Positions 16,874 to 25,274 are shown, counted from the stretch's first letter. The stretch is DNA of 32,000 nt from Candidatus Contendobacter sp. (GCA_049290615.1 JBATNZ010000172.1:18548-50547); one strand, 5' to 3'. The notes: generated from the sequence alone by a model not told the origin. Program-made: numbers and translations.

Positions 16874-18034
16874 ATGGAAACAACTGCAATGTCTTTTGAA
16901 ACGCCCTGCCGCCCAGCCATTCCCGGGTCGCGCCAGACCATCCATGCTGAAAGCGAATTCCTGAAACCGTCCCCGAAAGAACATCTGCATTTGAGCGGTC
17001 CCATCGCAAAACTTTTTAAGAATAACACGATCAGCTTGCAAAATATTTCGGTCAATTTTTCCCACCAAGGCAAGACGCTAGCGGCAGTAAAAAATGTCTC
17101 GCTGGACATTCCAAAAGGCGAGGTTTACGGCATCGTTGGCACCAGCGGCGCAGGGAAAAGCACGGTGTTGAGAACGATCAACTTGTTGCAGAAACCCACA
17201 GCGGGGCTGGTCTTGATCGAGGCTACCGACATCACCAACTTACAGGGAGAAGATTTACGGAATATCCGCTTGAAAATCGGCATGGTTTTTCAGCACTTCA
17301 ATCTGATCAACAACAAGACCGTTGCGGAAAACGTGGCGTTTGTCATGAAGGTCGCCGGCAAATCCCATCAGGAAATCGCCAGGCGAGTGCCAGAACTATT
17401 AGAGTTGGTTGGACTGAGCGATAAAGAAACCGTCTATCCATCCCGGCTGTCGGGCGGGCAAAAACAGCGAGTAGGGATTGCGCGAGCGATTGCCAACGAG
17501 CCGCAAATACTGCTATGCGACGAACCGACTTCGGCGCTGGATTTGGAAACGACCGGCGCCATTCTGGATTTGTTGAAAACCATCAATCAGCGATTACACA
17601 TTACCACGGTGCTGATTTCCCACGAAATGGCGGTGATTAAAAAAATCTGCGACCAGGTGGCGGTCATGAATAATGGCGAAGTGGTGGAAACTGGCGATGT
17701 TTATGAGATTTTTGCTGCGCCCAAACATGCCGTGACTGCACAACTGGTGGCGCACACCCAGGATTTGGAACTACCGGAGCGGCTGTTGCAAAATGCCCGT
17801 GGCGTTTTGATTAAGGTCCTGTATCGCGGTGGAAAAGCCGAAGAGCCAGTGTTGTCGGATACCATCAAGCGATTTGACATTGATTTGAACGTCCTGCATG
17901 GAAAGATCGAATACATTAATGAGCGGCCGCTGGGCGTTCTGATTTTGGAAGCGGTCGGCAGTGAAACAGAAATAGCGCGGGCCTTGAGCTATATCCGGGG
18001 CAGAGTGGTACAGGCGGAGATCGTGCATGGATAA
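16874..18034 (+). CDS. metN: Methionine ABC transporter ATP-binding protein
   Basis: Walker A GTSGAGKSTVLRTINLL, signature LSGGQKQRVGIARAIA, Walker B ILLCDEPTSALD and a C-terminal NIL/ACT-like domain (LIKVLYRG...LHGKIEYI). The start is uncertain. The conserved core begins near ISLQNISVNF (about nt 17030), so the first ~45 codons may not be translated. Confidence 0.88.
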   Translation: METTAMSFETPCRPAIPGSRQTIHAESEFLKPSPKEHLHLSGPIAKLFKNNTISLQNISVNFSHQGKTLAAVKNVSLDIPKGEVYGIVGTSGAGKSTVLRTINLLQKPTAGLVLIEATDITNLQGEDLRNIRLKIGMVFQHFNLINNKTVAENVAFVMKVAGKSHQEIARRVPELLELVGLSDKETVYPSRLSGGQKQRVGIARAIANEPQILLCDEPTSALDLETTGAILDLLKTINQRLHITTVLISHEMAVIKKICDQVAVMNNGEVVETGDVYEIFAAPKHAVTAQLVAHTQDLELPERLLQNARGVLIKVLYRGGKAEEPVLSDTIKRFDIDLNVLHGKIEYINERPLGVLILEAVGSETEIARALSYIRGRVVQAEIVHG

Positions 18035-18692
18035 CGAGTATTTAAGCAGCTTGCTGACCGATCTCAGCAAGGCGTTTATTGAAACTTTTCAGATGGTGGG
18101 AATTTCCCTCACGCTGTCCATCGTGGTGGGAATTCCGCTCGGTCTGGTGCTGTTCATTACCGACCGGGGGCTGTTCTGGGAGAATCGGCTGGTGCATCTT
18201 TTGGGTGGATTGCTGATTAACGTCGTCCGCTCGACGCCGTATGTGATCCTGCTGGTGTTGCTGTTGCCGATTACGCAGAAACTGATCGGGACCACGATTG
18301 GGCCGCTGGCGGCGGCGGTGTCGCTGTCAGTGGCGGCAGTCGCTTTTTACGCCCGCCTGGTGCAGGGTTCGCTGTGCGAAGTCGATCCCGGCGTCATCGA
18401 AGCGGCGACGGCTTTTGGCGCTTCGCCCCTGCAAATCATCCGGGAAGTACTGCTCATCGAATCGTTGCCGGGTTTGCTGCGCGGCCTGACCATCACCGCG
18501 ATTAGCCTCATCGGCTATTCCGCCATGGCTGGAATCGTCGGGGGCGGCGGTGTGGGCGATCTGGCGATCCGCTTCGGCTATTACCGCTATCAGACCGATG
18601 TGATGCTGATCACCGTCGCCGTGCTGATTGTTCTGGTGCAACTGGTGCAGATGGGCGGTGATAAAATAGCGAAAAATGCTGATAAAAAGTGA
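18027..18692 (+). CDS. metI: Methionine ABC transporter permease
   Basis: 221-aa hydrophobic ORF overlapping the metN stop by 8 nt. MetI-like core: EAATAFGASPLQIIREVLLIESLPGLLRGLTITAISLIGYSAMAG. Confidence 0.9.
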   Translation: MDNEYLSSLLTDLSKAFIETFQMVGISLTLSIVVGIPLGLVLFITDRGLFWENRLVHLLGGLLINVVRSTPYVILLVLLLPITQKLIGTTIGPLAAAVSLSVAAVAFYARLVQGSLCEVDPGVIEAATAFGASPLQIIREVLLIESLPGLLRGLTITAISLIGYSAMAGIVGGGGVGDLAIRFGYYRYQTDVMLITVAVLIVLVQLVQMGGDKIAKNADKK

Positions 18693-18900
18693 ATCCAGAC
18701 TATCAGGCGGAAGTCGGGAACGGATGTGATAACCTGAGGAGCTTTGTGTCTGTTGATTCCGGAATATCTCGATAAGCCGTCATAAGATGGCTTCAAATAA
18801 TTCCCGCATTATCCAAGGCGATACCGATATGGTTTTATGACATATCCGGTAATATAGCGCTCCTAATCTGATTTGTGGAATCGCCGTTTCAAACCACCCC

Positions 18901-18936
18901 GGCGCTACGCGCCACCCCTCCTTATCCAAGGAGGGG
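18901..18936. repeat. Two adjacent perfect hairpins (REP-like element) in an AT-rich spacer
   Basis: GGCGC-TAC-GCGCC (18901-18913) is followed by CCCCTCCTT-ATCC-AAGGAGGGG (18915-18936), and both are preceded by ACCCC. The 10-mer TTATCCAAGG also occurs at 18809-18818. Confidence 0.6.
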
Positions 18937-19147
18937 AAAATATATAACTCAAATAGGATTGCTATAGCACGCATCAGTTATTCATTTGTATATCAAAAAT
19001 TCTTCTTTTGAGATCGGTTTCGTTCCGAATACTCTATCACTAACCCTATTTATATCAGCGGAAATCGAGAACGTGCAACCCTCTCTCGGAACTCATCGAG
19101 AAAGCCGGACGGGGCGTGCATGCCGAAGAGTATGAGGAGATGGAAAG

Positions 19148-20686
19148 ATGAGCGAACACACTGCGGCGCCACCCGCCGCCCAATCGGCGCCGTCCACCCG
19201 AAACGAGTCCTATGGTCTGAAAAATGGAATCCTTTCTCCGCTGGAGGTATTGGGCCAGTCGGTCGCCAACATCGCACCCACGGCAACGCCCACGGTCGTC
19301 ATTCCCCTCGTCTTCGCCGTTGCCGGGGCGGGCACCTGGTTCGCCTATCTGTTCGCCCTCGTCGCCGTTCTGCTGGTGTCTTTCAGCATCAACCAGTTCG
19401 CCCGCCGCTCGGCCTCGCCCGGCTCGATCTATACCTACATCGCCACCGGTCTCGGGCCGACCTGGGGGATCGCGGTGGGCTGGGCGCTCTTCATCGCCTA
19501 CATCGCTTGCGCCTCCTCGGTGACGACCGGCTTTACCAACTACGTCAACGTTCTCGCCAAGGATGTCTTTCACCTTCAAACGGATTTGTCGCCCGGCGCG
19601 CTCGTCGCCATCCTGGCGGTCAGCGTGCTGGGGTCCTGGTTCGTCGCCTACAAGGACGTGCGGCTTTCGACGCGGCTCATGCTCGGGCTGGAACTGGTGT
19701 CGATCACCTTTATCCTGTTGGTGATCGGGGCGACGCTGTTCCACCACGGCTGGCAACTCGACTGGACGCAGCTTTCGCTACAGGGAGTGACCGCTGACAC
19801 CCTCCGCCTCGGCCTTATTCTGGCCATCTTCAGCTTTACCGGCTTCGAAAGCGCGACCTCGCTCGGCAGCGAGGCGCGATCTCCCCTGCGGACCATTCCT
19901 CGGGCGGTGTCGCTCAGCGCGGTGTTCGTCGGTTTCCTGTTCGCGATCTCGGCTTATGCGCAGGTGCTTGGATTCGCCGGCAACGAGGTGCCGCTCGACA
20001 AGAGCGATGCGCCGCTCCAGGTTCTGTCGGCGCGGGCCGGCGTCCCGTTCCTCGGCGTGCTCATCACCGTGGGGGCCATCATCAGTTTCTTCGCGTGCGT
20101 CCTTGCCAGCATCACGGCGGGGGCCAGGGTGTTGTTCCTGCTGGGCCGGCACGGCGTCTTTCACTCCGCTCTCGGCGGCGCCCACGAAACCAACGAGACC
20201 CCCCACGTCGCCGTGACCGTCTCGGCCGTGCTGGCGTTCGTCCCGGCGGCGGTCCTCACCGGACTCGGTGAAAACCTGTTCTCGATCTACGGCTGGATCG
20301 GCACCACGGCCACGCTCGGTTTCATCGTGGCCTACATCGCGGTTTCGGTGGCCGCTCCGGTCTATCTGTACCAGCGCCAGGAACTGCGCTCCTGGCACAT
20401 CCTGGCCTCGCTTGCCGCCATCGCGTTCATGGTCGTGGCCCTCGTTGGCGCAACCTACCCGCTGCCCGACGCGCCCAACTCCTATCCCATTCTCGCGTTC
20501 GTCGGTCTGTTGGGGCTCGGCTTCGCCTGGGGCGCCATTCAATACCTGACCTCGTCCCATGTTCGCGGTGGGATCAAGGACGACCTCGCCGCCATTAAGG
20601 AGCGTTTCGAGGTGGCGCCGGCTTCCGGGAAGAAGCCAGTTAGTCAAGCGACCCTCAACGATGACGCCGTGCTGGAGACTCCATGA
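19148..20686 (+). CDS. APC-superfamily amino acid / amine permease
   Basis: 512-aa ORF with a GAGGAG ribosome-binding site. It has about 12 hydrophobic segments and APC-type motifs (LGQSVANIAPTATP, FSFTGFESATSLGSEA). Confidence 0.85.
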   Translation: MSEHTAAPPAAQSAPSTRNESYGLKNGILSPLEVLGQSVANIAPTATPTVVIPLVFAVAGAGTWFAYLFALVAVLLVSFSINQFARRSASPGSIYTYIATGLGPTWGIAVGWALFIAYIACASSVTTGFTNYVNVLAKDVFHLQTDLSPGALVAILAVSVLGSWFVAYKDVRLSTRLMLGLELVSITFILLVIGATLFHHGWQLDWTQLSLQGVTADTLRLGLILAIFSFTGFESATSLGSEARSPLRTIPRAVSLSAVFVGFLFAISAYAQVLGFAGNEVPLDKSDAPLQVLSARAGVPFLGVLITVGAIISFFACVLASITAGARVLFLLGRHGVFHSALGGAHETNETPHVAVTVSAVLAFVPAAVLTGLGENLFSIYGWIGTTATLGFIVAYIAVSVAAPVYLYQRQELRSWHILASLAAIAFMVVALVGATYPLPDAPNSYPILAFVGLLGLGFAWGAIQYLTSSHVRGGIKDDLAAIKERFEVAPASGKKPVSQATLNDDAVLETP

Positions 20687-22038
20687 CCGGCATCGACAAG
20701 GCCGCGCGACTGGCTTCGGATCGCGCCCATCTCCTCCACTCCCAGCATCACCCGAGCGATCATCTCGACCCCCAGATATGGGTCGCCGGCGAGGGTGCGC
20801 TGCTTACGAACAGCGAGGGCAACACCTACCTCGACGGCTTGAGCGGGATGTGGAATGTCTACGTCGGCCACGGCCGCCGCGAGCTGGTCGAAGCCGCATC
20901 AAGGCAACTGTCGACCTTGGCCTTCGCGTCGTCCTACATCGGCGCGACCAATCTGCCCGCCATCGACTTGGCCGAGCGGCTCAGCGGGTTGGTTTATCCG
21001 GCGATCAACGCCTTCTTTTTCACCAGCGGCGGGGCGGAAGCCACCGAGTCGTCGATCCGAACTGCGCGCTATTTCTGGAAAGCCCAAGATCGGCCGGGCA
21101 AGACCAAGATCATCGCGCGCCGGCTCTCGTATCACGGCTCGACGCTGGCGGCGGCCAGCGCCACCGGCGTGCCCGACTTTTCGGAACCGTTCGGTCCCCG
21201 CCTGCCCGGCTTTCTGCATATCGAGTCGCCCTACCCCTATCGCTTTACCGGTGGTGGCGGTGGGGTCACGCCGGGCGTCGCGGCGGCCAACCTGCTGGAG
21301 GACGCGATTCTGCGCGAGGGGCCGGACACGGTCGCGGCCTTCATCGCCGAACCGGTTCAGGGTGGTGGCGGTGGCGTGATCGTCCCCCAGGATGATTATT
21401 TTCCGCGCATTCGCGCCATCTGCGACCGGTATGACGTGCTGTTCATCAGCGACGAAGTCATCACCGGTTTCGGCCGCACCGGGCGCTGGTTCGGGCTGGA
21501 GCACTGGGGCGTCGAACCCGACATCGTGCAATTCGCCAAGGGCATCACCAGCGGTTATCTGCCGCTCGGCGGGATCGGTGTTTCAGATCGCATCAAGGCT
21601 GTCATCGACGCGGCGCCGCCCGCCCGCCGCTGGATGCATGGACTCACCAACTCGGGCCACCCGGTCTGCTGCGCGGTCGCGCTCGCCAACCTCAAGATCA
21701 TCGAAGAGGAAGATCTGGTGACGCGGGCCGCGCAACTCGGCGCCCGGCTGTTGCAGCGGCTGCGCGCGCTGGAGGAACACGACCACGTCGGCGAGGTGCG
21801 CGGTTTGGGACTGTTGGCCGGCATCGAACTGGTCGCCGACTGGGAAACCAAGGAACGTTTCCCCGCCGAGGCCGAGATCGGGAAACGGGTGCGCGCCGAA
21901 CTGCTCGAGCGCGGTCTCTACACCCGCGTGCTGGGCGACGTGATCTGCCTCGCCCCGCCCTTCGTCACCAGCGAGGCTCAGATCGACCGCATCGCTGAGA
22001 TTGTGTACGAGGCGATTCCGGCGGCGCTACCGGGCTGA
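20683..22038 (+). CDS. Class-III (omega-amino acid:pyruvate type) PLP aminotransferase
   Basis: The start overlaps the permease stop (ATGA). Motifs: FFTSGGAEATESSIR, YHGST, AAFIAEPVQGGGG, LFISDEVITGFGRTG, FAKGITSGYLPLGG (catalytic Lys), HGLTNSGHPV. Confidence 0.9.
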   Translation: MTGIDKAARLASDRAHLLHSQHHPSDHLDPQIWVAGEGALLTNSEGNTYLDGLSGMWNVYVGHGRRELVEAASRQLSTLAFASSYIGATNLPAIDLAERLSGLVYPAINAFFFTSGGAEATESSIRTARYFWKAQDRPGKTKIIARRLSYHGSTLAAASATGVPDFSEPFGPRLPGFLHIESPYPYRFTGGGGGVTPGVAAANLLEDAILREGPDTVAAFIAEPVQGGGGGVIVPQDDYFPRIRAICDRYDVLFISDEVITGFGRTGRWFGLEHWGVEPDIVQFAKGITSGYLPLGGIGVSDRIKAVIDAAPPARRWMHGLTNSGHPVCCAVALANLKIIEEEDLVTRAAQLGARLLQRLRALEEHDHVGEVRGLGLLAGIELVADWETKERFPAEAEIGKRVRAELLERGLYTRVLGDVICLAPPFVTSEAQIDRIAEIVYEAIPAALPG

Positions 22039-22095
22039 GGCCGGTTCGGTCGCGACTCGCTGTAACCCTCCACTTCGTTCAATGAGGAGCTGTTC

Positions 22096-22683
22096 ATGGC
22101 CCGTATTCCACCCATTCGCTTCGAGGACGCCACGCCCGAGATCCAGGCCGAATACCAGAAAGTCGTCGCGGAACACGGCGTCGTCACCAACATGAAAGCC
22201 ACGTTGCTGCACTCGCCGCCGGCCCTGCGCGCCGTGCTGGAGTGGTACACCCTGTTCGACCGGGTCAAGCCGGTGCTCGGCGAGCGACTTGCCCTCCTCT
22301 TTTGCTATGCCATTTCACTCCAGAACGCCTGCGAACTCTGCACCACGTTCATGCGCCGCGCGATTGCCGAGGGCGGCGAGGATCCCGACCATCTGGAACT
22401 GGACGAACGCGATCAGGCGGTGGTCGAGTTCGGCCGCCAGCTTGCGGCGCACCCCAATCGAGTAGCCAACGCGCTGTACGCCCGCCTCGCGACCTACTTC
22501 ACGCCGGCACAGTTGGTGGAACTCACCGTCTTCGGCGCGCTGATGATCGTCAACAACGTGGTCAACAGCGCGCTGCAAATCGATCTGGACGAATCGCTGG
22601 AGACGTATCGCATCCAGCCCGAACTCATCTTCGCAGGTCTGTCGCCCTTCACGCCCAAGGCTGCGGAGGCCGGCGTGGCATGA
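22096..22683 (+). CDS. Carboxymuconolactone decarboxylase / AhpD-like family protein with CxxC
   Basis: 195-aa ORF with a GAGGAG ribosome-binding site. It has the helical AhpD-like pattern, a CELC motif (ISLQNACELCTTFM) and ERDQAVVEFGRQL, typical of CMD-family proteins. Confidence 0.65.
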   Translation: MARIPPIRFEDATPEIQAEYQKVVAEHGVVTNMKATLLHSPPALRAVLEWYTLFDRVKPVLGERLALLFCYAISLQNACELCTTFMRRAIAEGGEDPDHLELDERDQAVVEFGRQLAAHPNRVANALYARLATYFTPAQLVELTVFGALMIVNNVVNSALQIDLDESLETYRIQPELIFAGLSPFTPKAAEAGVA

Positions 22684-23984
22684 GCGAAAGGACGCTGAAA
22701 TTCGATACGCTGCAACTCCACGCGGGCCAGGCGCCCGATCCCGCCACCGGGGCGCGCGCCGTGCCCATCTACCAGACGACCTCGTTTGTCTTCAAGGATT
22801 TCGCCCACGCCAAGGCGATCAGCTCGGTCGAGGAATTCGGTTTCGATTACACCCGGATCACCAACCCGACCAACGAAGTGCTGGAAAATCGGCTGGCGGT
22901 GCTGGAGGGCGGCAGCGGCGCGCTGGCCCTCGCGTCCGGTTCCGCCGCGACCGCCTACTCCATCCTCAACATCACCCACGCCGGTGAAGAGGTCGTCGCG
23001 GCCAAAACCCTCTACGGCGGTTCCTTCAACCTCTTCGTCAACACGCTGCCCAAGCACGGCATCAAGACCACGCTGGTCGATCCGGTCGATCCCGAAAACT
23101 TCCGCCGGGCCATCAACGACCGGACCCGCGCCGTGTTCGTCGAAACCATCGGCAACCCCGATATCAACATCATCGATTTCGAAGCGGTGGCCAAGATCGC
23201 CCACGCCAACGGCATTCCGCTGATCGTCGATAACACCTTCGGTACTCCCTACCTGTTCCGGCCTTTCGACTACGGCGCCAACATCAGCGTCCACTCCGCG
23301 ACCAAATACATCGGCGGTCATGGCACCAGCATCGGCGGCCTGATCGTGGACGGCGGCAATTTCGACTGGTCGAGCGGCAAATTCCCGGATTTCACCACCC
23401 CCGATCCCGCCTACAGCGGCTTCGTTCATTGGGATAAATGGGGCCACTATCCGGGGCTGGGGAACATCGCCTACATCATCAAGGTTCGGCTCCACTACCT
23501 GCGCGACTTTGGCGCCTGCATGAGTCCGTTCAACGCCTTCCTGTTCTTGCAGGGCCTGGAAACCCTGTCCTTCCGCCTGGAGCGGCAGGTCGCCAGCGCG
23601 CAGCGGATCGCGGAATACCTTGAAGGACATGCCCAAGTGGACTGGGTGAACTATCCGGGCCTCAAGAGCAGCCCCTATTACGAACTGGCGCGGAAGTACC
23701 TGCCCAAGGGGCCGGGCGCCATCCTGACGTTCGGGATCAAGGGCGGGCTGGAGCAGGCGAAAAAGTTCATCGAGAGCATGAAGATCTTCTCGTTCCTCGC
23801 CAACGTGGGCGACTCCAAATCGCTGGTCGTCCATCCGGCGACGGTCACGCACGGCCAGTTGACGGAAGCGGAGCAACGTCTCGCGGGGGTCAAACCCGAG
23901 CAGATCCGCTTCTCGGTGGGCACGGAGGATGTCGAGGACTTGCTTTGGGATATCGAGCAGGCTTTTCAGCAGACCGGGGTCTGA
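22680..23984 (+). CDS. metY: O-acetylhomoserine sulfhydrylase (aminocarboxypropyltransferase), Cys/Met-metabolism PLP family
   Basis: ATG at 22680 overlaps the upstream stop (ATGA). Motifs: TLQLHAGQAPDPATGARAVPIYQTTSFVF, YTRITNPT, LASGSAA, ETIGNPDINIIDFEAVAKIAH, VDNTFGTPYL, HSATKYIGGHGTSIGG (PLP Lys), GNFDWSSGKFP. Confidence 0.9.
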   Translation: MSERTLKFDTLQLHAGQAPDPATGARAVPIYQTTSFVFKDFAHAKAISSVEEFGFDYTRITNPTNEVLENRLAVLEGGSGALALASGSAATAYSILNITHAGEEVVAAKTLYGGSFNLFVNTLPKHGIKTTLVDPVDPENFRRAINDRTRAVFVETIGNPDINIIDFEAVAKIAHANGIPLIVDNTFGTPYLFRPFDYGANISVHSATKYIGGHGTSIGGLIVDGGNFDWSSGKFPDFTTPDPAYSGFVHWDKWGHYPGLGNIAYIIKVRLHYLRDFGACMSPFNAFLFLQGLETLSFRLERQVASAQRIAEYLEGHAQVDWVNYPGLKSSPYYELARKYLPKGPGAILTFGIKGGLEQAKKFIESMKIFSFLANVGDSKSLVVHPATVTHGQLTEAEQRLAGVKPEQIRFSVGTEDVEDLLWDIEQAFQQTGV

Positions 23985-24022
23985 GTTCGTTGCTATGAAC
24001 GCCTCACCCAACTTCCCAGACC

Positions 24023-24154
24023 ATCATCGCGATCCGCATCGAACACGTTCATAAGACGTTCCAAGCCGACAGGCGAAGCATCGCCGCGTTGCGCGACATC
24101 GATATCGAGATTGGCAACGGTAAAATCTTCGGAATTATCGGCCGCTCCGGCGCG
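24023..24154 (+). pseudogene. Relic of the N-terminus of a MetN-like ABC ATPase, truncated inside Walker A
   Basis: Translation gives IIAIRIEHVHKTFQADRRSIAALRDIDIEIGNGKIFGIIGRSGA, which then diverges (VVAAF instead of GKST). There is no in-frame start: the ATG at 23995 is in another frame. The relic ends 13 nt from the 3' end of the convergent cytochrome b gene. Confidence 0.6.
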
Positions 24155-24167
24155 GTGGTGGCGGCTT

Positions 24168-24749
24168 TCACGGCGCGGGGAACGGCGGCCAGCCTGCTTT
24201 GGCCGCTGGGCCGCTACGGCTCTTGGCCACCGCGCCAAACCCCGGAATCATGTTGACGGCAATACGGCGGCGAAACGCCAAAAGAAATCCGATGTGGAGG
24301 GCCGCAATGACCAATGTGGTATTGGCGGCGATCTCATGCAAATCTTCAATCTCGCTGGAAAATCGTCCGACTTCATCACCAAACCCAGCGACTCCGTCAT
24401 CATCCGCATAGGCGGGCGTGATCGCTTGGGCGGCGGCAAGGCCCAGCACGCGGCTGTGATCCACCATGATCAGGCCGGTGGTCAGGGTAGCGCTGGCGGA
24501 CAGAAACAGCGCGATCACCAACAACCGGCTGACCGTGATGGATGCCGCACCGGAGCGAAATGCCGGCCACAGCACGGGGAATCCCTTGACCCGAATCAAC
24601 GCCAGCAGTAGCCGGACAGCGACGAGGACAACCAGACCATAGCCCAGCCAGATATGCAGCAACTCGCCGTCATCGCCGCTGAGATAGACGGCTGCCAATA
24701 CCAGAACGAAAAGCCAGTGAAAGAGGCGAAACCAGCTAAAGGGCTTCAT
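24168..24749 (-). CDS. Cytochrome b561 / Ni-hydrogenase-type b cytochrome family membrane protein
   Basis: 193-aa ORF with four hydrophobic helices carrying conserved-looking His residues (FRLFHWL, LLHIWLGY, LHEIAANTTLVIAALHIGF). It overlaps the upstream diheme cytochrome gene by 4 nt. Confidence 0.75.
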   Translation of the reverse strand: MKPFSWFRLFHWLFVLVLAAVYLSGDDGELLHIWLGYGLVVLVAVRLLLALIRVKGFPVLWPAFRSGAASITVSRLLVIALFLSASATLTTGLIMVDHSRVLGLAAAQAITPAYADDDGVAGFGDEVGRFSSEIEDLHEIAANTTLVIAALHIGFLLAFRRRIAVNMIPGFGAVAKSRSGPAAKAGWPPFPAP

Positions 24750-25264
24750 GGCAACTGAGTCCTTGGCGTGGAAAAGCCCTTCGGCAGGCGCAGGGTGCGT
24801 TCGCTGTAGTCACCACGGTCGGCGGCGAAATGGCAGGCGACGCAGTTGGCGGGCGACTTGACGTCGGGTCGCTTCCAAACGCTGGCCGGCAGTTCCTCGG
24901 TATGTTCGTGAATGAACCAGCGGGTTTCAGTAATGCGCAACGGGGGTTTCCCACCAAGCGGAGTTTCACTCCGACCGGCGTTCAGTTCCAGGAAGCGCAG
25001 AATATCGGCTCGCGCCTGGGAATCGAGACGGGCATCGGCGCCAAAATGCCGGTCGAGACCGTTCATGATCGCCCGCCAGGACGGGGCGGACAACAACTGG
25101 GGTGGATAGGCGACATGGCAAGCGCTACATTCCTGCCGCCAGACGGGATGATCCAGTGGCCGGATGGGCGGGTCGGCGTAGACCCCGTTGGTGACCAGAA
25201 CGAGGATCGCGCCCAACCATGCAGCGGCGGCAACCCGGCGACGAATTGAACAGGATCGGTTCAT
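24746..25264 (-). CDS. Diheme c-type cytochrome (DHC-like)
   Basis: Signal peptide plus two CxxCH motifs (CSACH and CVACH) in 172 aa. Confidence 0.8.
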   Translation of the reverse strand: MNRSCSIRRRVAAAAWLGAILVLVTNGVYADPPIRPLDHPVWRQECSACHVAYPPQLLSAPSWRAIMNGLDRHFGADARLDSQARADILRFLELNAGRSETPLGGKPPLRITETRWFIHEHTEELPASVWKRPDVKSPANCVACHFAADRGDYSERTLRLPKGFSTPRTQLP

Positions 25265-25274
25265 GGCGGTTTCC

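Noticed and set aside
19057-19105. Attenuator-like alternative hairpins (CGAGA / TCTCG / CGAGA) in the leader of the permease operon
   Set aside because: The stems are only 5 bp with no leader peptide or U-run. This is within chance expectation.
22494-24011. 505-aa ORF on the minus strand
   Set aside because: It is an exact antisense shadow of metY in GC-rich DNA. The translation is Arg/Gly/Asp/Val-rich with no recognisable motif, while the plus-strand frame has unmistakable PLP-enzyme motifs.
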